A program made the translations under genes and the position numbers. A DNA stretch of 63,870 nt, the filler included, from Octopus bimaculoides (lineage: Eukaryota): assembly GCF_001194135.2 (NCBI RefSeq). It is 4 parts of 4 records of this genome, joined end to end, with 100 filler letters (N's around TTAATTAATTAA, not from the genome) between each part and the next. Parts side by side here need not be neighbours in the genome. Positions count along the whole stretch, not along the records: positions 1 to 29,274 come from NC_068996.1; 3 more parts are not named here. The stretch is one strand, 5' to 3'. Shown piece after piece: positions 1 through 12,770 of the stretch. The notes beneath the pieces were generated by a model. The model made no database searches. It saw nothing but the letters and a program-made list of their open reading frames with translations, and was not told where the DNA came from. Every line of letters begins with the position of its first letter. Within the stretch, counting starts at the first letter, position 1.

Positions 1-693
1 ATATATATATGTATATGTAAAATCATATGATTGAACGCCATGCATCCTCTTCCAAGTAAGTTTTATCTTAGTAATTCGGATGCGCACTCTATACGATCTT
101 GTTACTCTTTCCTTTTTTTCTCTTTTCCTCTTTCTTATTATTCTACCGCCTCTTCTCCCACTATTCGATCCTATTACTCTGTCACTATCTTTCCCTCACT
201 CCTCCTCCCTTGCTCACGTGGTGCCCACGTGACCATCGGCCATCTTTCTTTCTCTCCGTTGTAGCTGGAACACAGAAGAAGTGTTCTTGTTTGTTTCCTG
301 TCCTAGCTTGATTTACGCGTTCGCCACCACAACCTCGTTTAGGCTTAGCAACCCTTCCTACTTGTTTTCACTGTCCTGTTTGTGTTACCTATTTTGACCC
401 TCCGCAAAATCCCAAATTTTATTTAATTTGCTTTGCAGGAGCGACTGTTTTATCGAAAGGGTATATTGTGGTTAAATGCTCGAAATACGAGACTAGAAAA
501 ACAGCCAACAACTGACGAAGGGTCGTTCTCTATGTTGTTTGTTTACTTTTTCATTTGTATCTTTCGTTGTTCGAAAGAATAGTTCATGTTCCGTGTACTC
601 GTGCTTCGTACTTTTTGTTGTACACGTTTCATGACGACCTGTGCCCACATATGCATACATATATACGTACAGATGTTAGTATGTACATACACG

Positions 694-736
<43 letters not shown>

Positions 737-1186
737 NNNNNNNNNNNNNNNNNNNNNNNNNNNNNNNNNNNNNNNNNNNNNNNNNNNNNNNNNNNNNNNN
801 NNNNNNNNNNNNNNNNNNNNNNNNNNNNNNNNNNNNNNNNNNNNNNNNNNNNNNNNNNNNNNNNNNNNNNNNNNNNNNNNNNNNNNNNNNNNNNNNNNNN
901 NNNNNNNNNNNNNNNNNNNNNNNNNNNNNNNNNNNNNNNNNNNNNNNNNNNNNNNNNNNNNNNNNNNNNNNNNNNNNNNNNNNNNNNNNNNNNNNNNNNN
1001 NNNNNNNNNNNNNNNNNNNNNNNNNNNNNNNNNNNNNNNNNNNNNNNNNNNNNNNNNNNNNNNNNNNNNNNNNNNNNNNNNNNNNNNNNNNNNNNNNNNN
1101 NNNNNNNNNNNNNNNNNNNNNNNNNNNNNNNNNNNNNNNNNNNNNNNNNNNNNNNNNNNNNNNNNNNNNNNNNNNNNNNNNNNNNN

Positions 1187-1227
<41 letters not shown>

Positions 1228-1281
1228 ATATATTTCCATACACACACATATACATATATACATATTTATATTATATATACA

Positions 1282-1803
1282 GGCCTGGTTGTAGGGTAAG
1301 AAGCTTGCTCCCCAATCACATGGTTCCGGGTTCAGTCCCACTGCATAACACTTTAAGCAATTGCATTCTACTATAGCCTCAAGCCGACCAAATCCTTGTG
1401 AGTGAACTTGGTAGATAGAAACTGAAAGAAGCTCGTCGTGTATAATTATGTATACATCTATTTATATATCTGTGTGTATGTTTGTGTTTTGTGTCTTTGT
1501 GTTTGTATATGTCTCCTTTTTACAGCTTCACTGTAGGTGTTGGTGGGTTCACGTCCCTGTAAACTAGCGGTTAGGCAAAAGTGACCGATTGAATAAGCAC
1601 TAGACTTAAGAAACAAGTCCTGTGGTGGATTTGTTTGACTAAAAAAATCCATTTACGGCAGTGCTCCAGCATGATCGCAGTCAAATGACTGACACAAGTA
1701 AAAAGAATAATAAAAAAGAATATATGTGATATATATAACATATATATGATACGTGGTGCTCCAGCGTGACCGTAGCCGCATGGCTGAAACGAGTAAAAGA
1801 ATA
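1282..1803 (+). mobile_element. tRNA-derived SINE family A, full length, with a duplicated 3' tail (1755-1803)
   Basis: Head with B-box ggttcagtccca, body ..ggtagatagaaactgaaagaagc.., tail gtgctccagcatg..aagtaaaaagaata; same sequence recurs many times in the window. Confidence 0.85.
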
Positions 1804-1924
1804 TATTTAAGTAAAATATTTGTAACATATATGTATCTTTCAATACAAGTACAAATATATTTATATGCACAATTTCGTATATTCGGATACATACCTACAT
1901 ATATATACTTCTGTGCGTGCGTGC

Positions 1925-2011
<87 letters not shown>

Positions 2012-2490
2012 TTTGTGCGCATGTGTGTGTGCGCGCGCGCGAGTGTATATATTATGTGCATATATACATCCATATATTAATACATATACTGGCTATATTT
2101 AGATACATATTTATGCGTATTCACACAACATATACACAATTACTAAAATCACTATTACCAAAACGCACACATACACACGAACACACGCATACACACACTT
2201 TATATATATATGGATCTGTATATATGTTTACACATGTGTATATTTATGAAGTATATATACATGGTTCTATGCGCTTATATGTGTGCGTGTATATATATAT
2301 NNNNNNNNNNNNNNNNNNNNNNNNNNNNNNNNNNNNNNNNNNNNNNNNNNNNNNNNNNNNNNNNNNNNNNNNNNNNNNNNNNNNNNNNNNNNNNNNNNNN
2401 NNNNNNNNNNNNNNNNNNNNNNNNNNNNNNNNNNNNNNNNNNNNNNNNNNNNNNNNNNNNNNNNNNNNNNNNNNNNNNNNNNNNNNNNNN

Positions 2491-2533
<43 letters not shown>

Positions 2534-2945
2534 CACACGCACATACGTATCTATATATGTAAGAATATTTAATTGTATGTGTGTGCGTATGTGTGTGTAT
2601 GTATGCAACTTGGCATGTATATATTTATATAGAATTTATATACACATGGATATGTACCCATGTATACACGCAAGGATGCATGTGAATGCATGTGAGTGTG
2701 TATTTGTGTTTTTCTGCGTATATGTGTACACGAGTATGTATATACATATAAGTCTATAAGCATTGTATTTTTATATACATGCTTTTGTTCGTTTGCATAC
2801 ACACACACTTACACACATACACACACGTATACATAATACATACATACATAAATACACACACACACACGCACATATATATATAAATACTGATATATACTTA
2901 TATACATATACAATTATCTTATATATATCCATATGCATACAAACA

Positions 2946-3008
<63 letters not shown>

Positions 3009-4176
3009 ACATACATACATACATAAGCACATACGCTTATATATATGCGTGACTGTATGTGTTTGTATATGTATGTATATTCAAATATATGTTCGTGTAA
3101 ATATGTATATATATGTATGTACGCACACACACTCTCTCTCACTCGCGCACACACACACGCGCACATTCACATACGGGCACAAACACACGCATACGTACAC
3201 ATACACGCTCATATATACCTTACATCGTATGTGTGTATGAATATTTCAAATTATGAAAATAATTGATTTAATATAGAAAAATAGGCTCTATAACTAAATA
3301 TTACGGAAACGCACACATGTCACTCGCAAATACACACTCACGCTCTCTCAAACGTTTATGTGTGTATATTTATGTGTGTGTGTTTGTCTGCGTGTGTGTG
3401 TATGATTGTGTGTATGTGTGTGAGTGTGTATATCATATACTATTTGTAATGAATATATCACGGAAAGATTAAAAAGCAATGAATAAAATTTATAATAATT
3501 GTTTTAGAAAAATTAAATGAAAATAATAAATAATATAATTGCTAATAGCATAAATGATATCATTAAAGAAAGACGAAAAGACAAGACGGCGAGAAAACAA
3601 AACAGAAACATGAAAAATACTTAAGTTTAAAACATAAAGAGTATTATAAACATTATAGAAAGCTGAAAAAATTGACGAAACTCAAACACACTCACACACA
3701 CACTTATATGCTCACATATAGACAATATATACTTCATTTTATTTTTATTTTCGATTTTTTTCATCACGTTCCCATATCTTATTATCACGTGTAGATTGTT
3801 AAACTATCTCAATACTTAGACAATCAATTTACTCAGTTTTAATATCTAAGATTAGAAATTCATCTTTAAAAAAAAAAGGAAACACAATAGTTGACAAACA
3901 AAGGAAACTAAACTAAAGAAGAAAATATATCAAAACATCAAAACATGGAAGAAAACGAACAAAAATATTTTAACATTGTTGTTGAAAGCTGTTTATCTCT
4001 GAGTGACACAAAATGTTGCTGATGTTGTCGTAGTTGTATTTTAGTGTCTCATCTTTTAGTATCAATTGAATGGAAAGTTTTTTCTTCGTTTTCGTTCTTG
4101 CTCGTTTTTATTGCAATAATCAACAATGATACACATAATTCAGATATAGATATAAATTTGATTCTAACGGTAAAGA

Positions 4177-4252
<76 letters not shown>

Positions 4253-5069
4253 ACACACGCGCACGCGCACGCACACACACACACACGCACACACACACGC
4301 ACACACACACATACACACACGCGTACACACACACAGAGGCACACAGACACACACGCACACGCACGCATACACACACACATACACACAAACGCACACACAC
4401 ACACGCACAGACACATACACACACGCGTACACACACACACACACACACATACACGCACATGTATTTCTTTTCTGTCTTTATTTGAAATCTTCTGAGGAAG
4501 GCGCTGGTTTCTGACAAAGAAACAAAGCTCTATTTTTGGAATGCAGATAAAAACAAATCCATATTTTGAACTTGAGAAAAGTCTTGCATATTTTTACTGT
4601 TCCACTAACAGATTGCATTTGTAATGTGCGCATTAGCTGATGGATTTCTTTTTCTGAAAACGATGGTTTATTCAAACTGTCATTTAGGCATTTATTCACA
4701 AAACCAAGTGTACCAATTATTATTGGTATAAATGCGAATTTATAATCCGGTTATAGAAGCAAAAGGTTTCAAAGAAGTTGTCCTTAGTTGTCCCCTTTCT
4801 CTTTGACTTTTGAAGGGATATTCACATCGACAGGGAAGCTGGCCTCTATGATGTAATTTTTCTTGTCTTTCTCAAACAATGATATCCGGACTGCTATATT
4901 TACACTTAACAGAAGTTTTGATAGGAATTCTCGAGCAGTGTTCTTTGTGTTCATGTTTATGTATGTAATAAATAACAGAACTCCTCTCTATATTTTTTCT
5001 ATGAGTCTCTTTTCCGAATGGCACCGTATATTGTTTTTGCAATAACTTCATGTTGCATAGGGAGGTAGT

Positions 5070-5467
5070 ACATTTCCTATTATTATTATATTTTACTCAT
5101 TTCAGTAATTTGATTGTGGCGATGCTGGAGCATCGTCTTTAGTCGAACAATTCGAACCCAAAACTTATTCTTTGTAAGCTTAGTACTTATTCTATCAGTC
5201 ACTTTTACCGAAGCGCTAAGTTACATAGGACGTAAATATACCAACATCGGTTGTCAAGCGATGGTGGGGTGACAAACACAGACACAAACATATACGTATA
5301 TGTACGACGGGCTTCTTTCAGTTTCCGTCTACCAAATCCACTCACAAGGCTTTGGTCGGCCCGAAGCTATAGTAGAAGACACCTGTCCAAAGTGCTATGT
5401 AGTAGGACTGAACCGGAATCATGTAGTTGGTAAGCAAGATTCTTACCACACAGCCACTCTTGCGCCT
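5070..5467 (-). mobile_element. SINE family A, full length, inserted in the R4 element
   Basis: 5' end AGGCGCAAGAGTGGCTGTGTGG at 5467; conserved body and tail. Confidence 0.9.
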
Positions 5468-6870
5468 TGATGACATTTTTGGCTAGCTGCTATTCCCATC
5501 AGCGCCTTGATGACATTTTTGGCTAGCTGCTAATCCCATCTGCGCCTTCATGATATTTTTGGCTATTTGCTAATCCAATCTGCGCCTTGACATTTTTGGC
5601 TAGCTGCTAATCCAATCTGCGCCTTGATGACATTTTTAGCATGCTGCTAATCCAATCTGCGCCTTGATGACATTTCTGGCATGCTGCTAATCCAATCTGC
5701 GCCTTGATGACATTTTTGGATAGCTGCTAATCCCATCAGCGCCTTGATGACATTTTTGGATAGCTGCTAACCACCTCTGCACCTTGATGACATTTTTCAC
5801 TAGCTGCTAATCCCATCTGCGCCTTGATGACATTTTTGGTTAGCTGCTAATCCCATCTGCGCCTTGATGCCACTTTCGGTTAGCTGCTAATCCCATCTGC
5901 GCCTTCATGATATTTTTGGCTAGTTGCTAATCCAATCTGCGCCTTGACATTTTTGGCTAGCTGCTAACCACCTCTGCGCCTTGATGACATTTTTGGTTAG
6001 CTGCTAATCTCATCTGCGCCTTGATGACATTTTTGGTTAGCTGCTAATCNNNNNNNNNNNNNNNNNNNNNNNNNNNNNNNNNNNNNNNNNNNNNNNNNNN
6101 NNNNNNNNNNNNNNNNNNNNNNNNNNNNNNNNNNNNNNCTGGCATGCTGCTAATCCAATCTGCGCCTTGATGACATTTTTGGATAGCTGCTAATCCCATC
6201 AGCGCCTTGATGACATTTTTGGATAGCTGCTAACCACCTCTGCACCTTGATGACATTTTTCACTAGCTGCTAATCCCATCTGCGCCTTGATGACATTTTT
6301 GGTTAGCTGCTAATCCCATCTGCGCCTTGATGCCACTTTCGGTTAGCTGCTAATCCCATCTGCGCCTTCATGATATTTTTGGCTAGTTGCTAATCCAATC
6401 TGCGCCTTGACATTTTTGGCTAGCTGCTAACCACCTCTGCGCCTTGATGACATTTTTGGTTAGCTGCTAATCTCATCTGCGCCTTGATGACATTTTTGGT
6501 TAGCTGCTAATCCCATCTGTGCCTTGATGACATTTTTGGCTAGCTGCTAATCCCATCTGCGCCTTCATGACATTTTTGGCATGCTGCTAATCCAATCTGC
6601 GCCTTGATGATATTTTTGGATAGCTGCTAATCCCATCAGCGCCTTGATGACATTTTTGGATAGCTGCTAACCACCTCTGCACCTTGATGACATTTTTGAC
6701 TAGCTGCTAATCCCATCTGCGCCTTGATGACATTTTTGGTTAGCTGCTAATCCCATCTGCGCCTTGATGACACTTTCGGTTAGCTGCTAATCCCATCTGC
6801 GCCTTCATGATATTTTTGGCTAGTTGCTAATCCAATCTGCGCCTTGACATTTTTGGCTAGCTGCTAATAC
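5461..6870. repeat. 40-bp minisatellite array with 37-bp variants and a higher-order repeat
   Basis: Consensus tgcgccttgatgacatttttggctagctgctaatcccatc; more than 30 monomers visible; N gap at 6050-6138. Confidence 0.98.
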
Positions 6871-8366
6871 CAGCTATGATGCCTTCCACAAAAAATATCA
6901 TCTATATTTTCGGTTGCATCTTGGAGTTGCAAGGGCTTCACTGTCTCTTTTGTTTACTAAATTTTCCGTAGCAATCTCCTGTTCTTGGATAGATAATGCA
7001 TAGCCTTCGAAGTGGTGTTATGTGATGTAGTGATTACGAATTCAAGACCGACTCCGCTTCATGTAAATATACTGTCTTCTTCAAGTCTTCGGGAAACATA
7101 TTAATGAATTTTTTGTCATGCTGACCGGTTCACATATCCAGGTCTTCTTTGAGGTGTGTTAATACTGCTGTTTTGAAGTTGAATGGGAGGCCGTCATGGA
7201 GAGACTGTTTCCTGAGGAGATCACAGCGGATACACAGAATTTTGTTCCCTTCCCTTTACAACACTACGCTTATGTATATATTTTTGTTGCTGTTGTTTAG
7301 CAAGTACTGCCTGAGACTATACATGTATGTATGTATGTATGTATGTATGTATGTATGTATGTATGTATGTATGTATGGATGGATGGATGGATGGATGGTT
7401 GGATGGATGGAATATTTCGACATCTCGCGTGTCTTCAACTGGTTCAAAAAATAAATTTGTCAATCTACTTCATTTTGGTTAATATAGAATGGATTGAGGT
7501 AACTCCTCCTGAAGATATAGAGTTGAAGACACGCGAGATGTCGAAATATTGTTCACAAGATAACAAATGGCACTCTTCTTTTAATTTGGAGCTCTGTAAG
7601 ATTCCAGTTAATGATGTTAAAACTATATTGGTCTACTGAAAGTGCCAGGGTGTTAATGGCTTCGTTACGTTTTTAGAGTTGAGTTCAAGTTTTAGTATGA
7701 GAAGACACTTTAGTATGAGTCTTATTCTCCTGTAATAATCCTTTCTTATCTTTTCCTTCATTGTAGCATGTTGTATACCATCTCCTTCGTTTATCCCCAG
7801 GTATTTGTAATTTTCTTGTGGGTCAAGCTCCTTGATGGTAGTGTCGGTAACCAATTTAATGGAAGCTGTTTGCCTGAGCTTGCCTCTTACAAAAGTTGCT
7901 TTAGCACACTTATCAAGTCTAAAGCCCATCCCGATGTCATTACTGAATTCTTTAACAGTTGTTAGCAGCCCTGCTAGCTCTTCGTCATTTCCAGCAAACA
8001 GTTTCAGATCGTCTATATAAAACAGATGGCTTATTGTCGTATGTTATTTAGTTCGTTTGTGAGTGAGATCAGTGTCATGCAGAAGAGCAATGGGAAGAAG
8101 GAGTCACCTTAAAAGGTGTCTCGTTTGATTCTGATGTTAGTTTGGCTCATCCCATTACTATGGTTTAGAAGGAGATGTGTGTTTTACTTGGCCATACTTT
8201 CTTGTAAGAATCTGAAGATGACAAGAGAGATCTTATATATCTCAAGGACCTTGAGTATCCAATTATGTGGGACACTATCAAATGCTTTCCTTTAGTTTAT
8301 CCATGCCATACTCAGGTTCTTCTTTTTGCTCCGGCAATTCTCTACAATCGTTTTATTTATGAGTAA

Positions 8367-8367
<1 letters not shown>

Positions 8368-8456
<89 letters not shown>

Positions 8457-8470
8457 GTTATTATTATTGA
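8368..8470. repeat. (TTA)n microsatellite at the 5' junction of the R4 element; representative of many microsatellites (CA, TA, ATCT, GAT, TAG, GA) across the window
   Basis: Read directly. Confidence 0.97.
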
Positions 8471-8954
8471 AGACAATCACGTACAGAGAGACCATCAATT
8501 GTACCGACTACTTCGAATAGCTTCGTTCAGCTTGTGGACAAATTGGTTCGTGCGTCGGAATTGAATTTGCTGCACAATTAGGCTTTCGTTAGGTCCAGTT
8601 GTATATTGGAAAGTATGAGTACCGATTTGAAGGTGAGTAGAATGGAAGTTTGCTTTGATTTACTGGAAGTATTTGAAGCCAATCAAAATAAGTTTCTTTC
8701 GATCCGGAGACAATAGATAAAAAATGGCCGTATCTTCATGATCCAAAACAAAAATTCAGTTCATGGAAAGATGTTTCCGAGGCCTAAGAGATTCAAGAAT
8801 CTGCGATCGGCACAGAGAGTGATTGTGATTATTTTTCGGATGACAGAGATTAGTTTTCCTTGATTTTCAGGAACGTTGTTGTACAGTGCACAATAAGTGT
8901 ACAGTGCACAATAACCATTAGGAGGAAAAGACGGTGATTTTGATGCATTTACAC

Positions 8955-9478
8955 CAGAGGTCGCCAAAGGGGGTCATAGGGAATCCCTAGGGGATGGCGA
9001 AGAATTACAAGGGGGTCGATGATAGCTTAGGGGTCAAATGGGGGTCGATGTGCGAAAGACCGGCTCACTCGGATGAACTGCTTGAAACAGTTAGCGCCAT
9101 GCTCATCCCTCACATTAATGTTGTCAATTTCAATAAAAGATATTCCAGTAATATGATGAGTTTTTCATATTTTCTAACCGTGAAAACAATTTCATAAAAA
9201 TTGAAAGTTTAATGCTGCATACTTGTATATGTAGTTTTACATGTAAAAAGTGTGTCATCTTCAATAGAATTTCTTAATCTGTCGTACATGTATATTTTAG
9301 CTAACATTTTAATTGCCAGCATTAGTACCTGGTACGCATTTAAGATATGGTACGGTAGGGTAGATATTCTAAATAAGGAGGGTGGTCGATGTGGAAGGAG
9401 AAGTGGCTAAAGGAGGTTGATGCGAAAGGAAAAGTGGCTAAATGAGGGTCGATGGTCGAAAAAGTTTGGCGACCCCTA
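8955..9478. mobile_element. Non-autonomous hAT-like element (MITE)
   Basis: TIRs CAGAGGTCGCCAAA / TTTGGCGACCCCTA; flanking direct repeat (a)tttacac at 8947-8954 and 9478-9485; no ORF. Confidence 0.8.
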
Positions 9479-10504
9479 TTTACACCATCTGATTTTGGTA
9501 ATTCTGATTTTGTTGATCTTGTTGATTTTAGCTTATTTTGGTGTATTACACCATTTGTCTACAGCAAGACGTTTTCTCCATAACAAAACACAGTGAATAG
9601 TTTCTCATCCCCCCTCCCTCATTCCCTCACTATACTCATCCTCTCTATCCAGTCAGATCAACTGACCATAAAAATATACCACTACCATTCTACACCTCAA
9701 TCTTTCCTCTATCCCCTTCCCACTCTGTCTTCAAGACTTGACCTACTTACCCTAGGCACTCTTCTCACTTGACCTGGGATTCCTTCAAGTGAACACAAGC
9801 AAAATACCTCGGACACAATATGGCATATATTCACCTCAGCTATCTCAGCCTTTGCTGCAGCAACTATTTCTGGATTATACCCACAAGGATTACTTTACAC
9901 GGATACTNNNNNNNNNNNNNNNNNNNNNNNNNNNNNNNNNNNNNNNNNNNNNNNNNNNNNNNNNNNNNNNNNNNNNNNNNNNNNNNNNNNNNNNNNNNNN
10001 NNNNNNNNNNNNNNNNNNNNNNNNNNNNNNNNNNNNNNNNNNNNNNNNNNNNNNNNNNNNNNNNNNNNNNNNNNNNNNNNNNNNNNNNNNNNNNNNNNNN
10101 NNNNNNNNNNNNNNNNNNNNNNNNNNNNNNNNNNNNNNNNNNNNNNNNNNNNNNNNNNNNNNNNNNNNNNNNNNNNNNNNNNNNNNNNNNNNNNNNNNNN
10201 NNNNNNNNNNNNNNNNNNNNNNNNNNNNNNNNNNNNNNNNNNNNNNNNNNNNNNNNNNNNNNNNNNNNNNNNNNNNNNNNNNNNNNNNNNNNNNNNNNNN
10301 NNNNNNNNNNNNNNNNNNNNNNNNNNNNNNNNNNNNNNNNNNNNNNNNNNNNNNNNNNNNNNNNNNNNNNNNNNNNNNNNNNNNNNNNNNNNNNNNNNNN
10401 NNNNNNNNNNNNNNNNNNNNNNNNNNNNNNNNNNNNNNNNNNNNNNNNNNNNNNNNNNNNNNNNNNNNNNNNNNNNNNNNNNNNNNNNNNNNNNNNNNNN
10501 NNNA

Positions 10505-11110
10505 TATGTGTGTTTTTATATTATTAATAAATTCATAAAATTATCGATAATATTTGCAGGAAATCAATGTTTAATATTTAACTTTCGAAAGATATATATC
10601 CAATATGACATGGTAATATAATAAATTTAAAATTTAAGAGTTACGTATTCTTTTAGAATATTCCTTATAAAAGTTATATATATATATATATATATATAAA
10701 AATGAAATATTCAAACACTGAGATTTGAAGTTAGATGTCACTACTGTCCATATCATCTGTGGATAAATTCAAAATTTGATGATATCACCAGTAGTGGCAT
10801 GGGTGGAACGCAGTTATAATAGCTTTAAGGAGCTATGAATTATAAATTTGCACGAAGCGTAATGATGCTTAATGAGCATCTACCTGCTAGAAATATATAT
10901 ATATATATAAAATTTATAAAGAATATTCAAAAGGAATATTTTATTGAACTTATATTAAGTGCTCTATTACTTTGAGCAAATATATATATATATATATATA
11001 TATATGTTTTTATATTATTAATAAAATCAATAAAATTATTAATAATATTTACAGGAAATCAATATTCAAATTTCCGAAAGATATATGTTTAATATGACAC
11101 AATAATCATT
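10505..11110. repeat. Two partial copies of an AT-rich foldback repeat (10505-10690, 10900-11110)
   Basis: Segments align by eye with both arms and the terminal segment of 16151-16558; ends lie in (TA)n. Confidence 0.7.
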
Positions 11111-11494
11111 TTGAATTATAATTAAATTAAAATTAAAGATATACAAAATATAAATATATATAAAAAATATAAATGTATATAAAAATCCATGCGTACATAA
11201 ATGTATATAAAAATGTATGTATAATTGAGTATAAATATAATTCGATTAAAATATTATGAAATTCTAAAGTTTAAAATGCATCTTACGATCATTTCACGGA
11301 TATTATTGCTTTTATAATGTAATCTAATATAGATAAACATATTGCCAATAATTCCGCTCTTCAGAGATGTATAGAGTTATTATATATGTGTGAAAAACGA
11401 ATGGTATATATAATAAGATGATATTAATTAAAATATTAAAAAATATTAAGAATATTAAAAATATTAAACAGTATACATTTTAATATTTTAAGCT

Positions 11495-12030
11495 AACAAG
11501 ATCTATGCGTGTCTGAATTCTTCACCCCTGTGGAGGTTTGTTCCTTAGGTTTCATTAAGCAACAATATGCGAGCTCGTCTCTGCAACGATCCCTTAGCTG
11601 AGGAGTTCTCTCATCAACTTCTACAAATTGGAAATGGCGCCTGAAACCGCATGTACTGCAATGTGGGCACATGGTGTCTACATTGGCCGAGCTTAAAGAA
11701 AAGGTATTTCCCACATTGCAAGACAACTTCAAAAACATAGCATGATTCACAGAGAGAGAGCTATTTTAGCACTTTGGAATGAAAGCGTTGATAAAGTAAA
11801 CCATGAATTCCTCTACATTTTACCTGGAGATGCTTCAACGTTTGTCTCCATTGATACTACCATCGACGAACATGCCACTGTTGACTATCCAGTTGAATTT
11901 TTCAACTCTCTACAACCCACAGGACTGCCACCGCATTAGTTTTTCCTAAAGAAAGGCGCAGCTATCATGCTCTTGAAGAATTTCGACCTTACACGACTAT
12001 GCAATGGTACAAGATTGACTGTAACTATAA
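11495..12030 (+). mobile_element. Helitron Pif1-like helicase remnant
   Basis: [101 protein letters not shown], a typical Helitron helicase stretch with stops. Confidence 0.9.
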
Positions 12031-12600
12031 CATTTTACCACACAGCCACTCCTGCACCTAAATATATATATGTATACACACACACACACACATCTAAAAA
12101 CCTATCTATATGTGTATTTATAAACACGCGCCCCCACCGCCTAACATGTATGAGTAGATATATTTGCACGTATTACAGTATACACGACCATTCTGCGAAT
12201 AACGAGAAAATATTTGAAAACCTCGGACTAAATAGTATGCTAATATATTAAGCATATTTATTATAGTTCCGGTTTACACCATTTCATTACAAAGCACTTC
12301 GTGCTTCTGTCTGTACATAATTCTCCTTGTCTAAGTAATATCCGAGCGTTGAAACATAAAACACTAAGTAACAGAATGCTATAAACTGGAACTATAGAAC
12401 CATATATATTCTCTCTCTCCATAGACTGAGCTCATTTTTGCTTTTCCAATTTGTTCAGAGTATCACACTCATATATAACACTAACGCTACAAATTACCTA
12501 TCAATACTTATAAACATATAAATACATACATACATGCGTATATGCATGCGTACATACATATATGAATGCATACATACATACATGCATGCACATCTATCTT

Positions 12601-12663
<63 letters not shown>

Positions 12664-12664
12664 G

Positions 12665-12714
<50 letters not shown>

Positions 12715-12715
12715 G

Positions 12716-12770
<55 letters not shown>

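Larger units (their letters stand above)
4460..8367 (-). mobile_element. 5'-truncated, decayed R4/Dong-type non-LTR retrotransposon (RT, CCHC region, restriction-like endonuclease), interrupted by a SINE, a minisatellite and a foreign segment
   Basis: Minus strand: LLINKTIVENCRSKKKNLSMAWIN*RKAFDSVPHNWI, FYIDDLKLFA, LDKCAK, YKYLGINEGDGIQH (7600-8367); ISLRQYLL, EGYALSIQEQEIAT (6870-7320); [60 protein letters not shown] (4530-5065); AATAAA near 4480. Many stops and frameshifts. Confidence 0.88.

Noticed and set aside
430-580. CTGACGA and CGAAA motifs suggesting a hammerhead or Penelope terminus
   Set aside because: I could not build consistent stems I to III; the region may be a repeat 3' end but is unassigned.
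5461-6870. Regular array resembling CRISPR
   Set aside because: Monomers are contiguous with no unique spacers, there are no cas genes, and the context is eukaryotic.
9690-9907. KYLG-like LINE fragment
   Set aside because: Too short and degenerate to assign.
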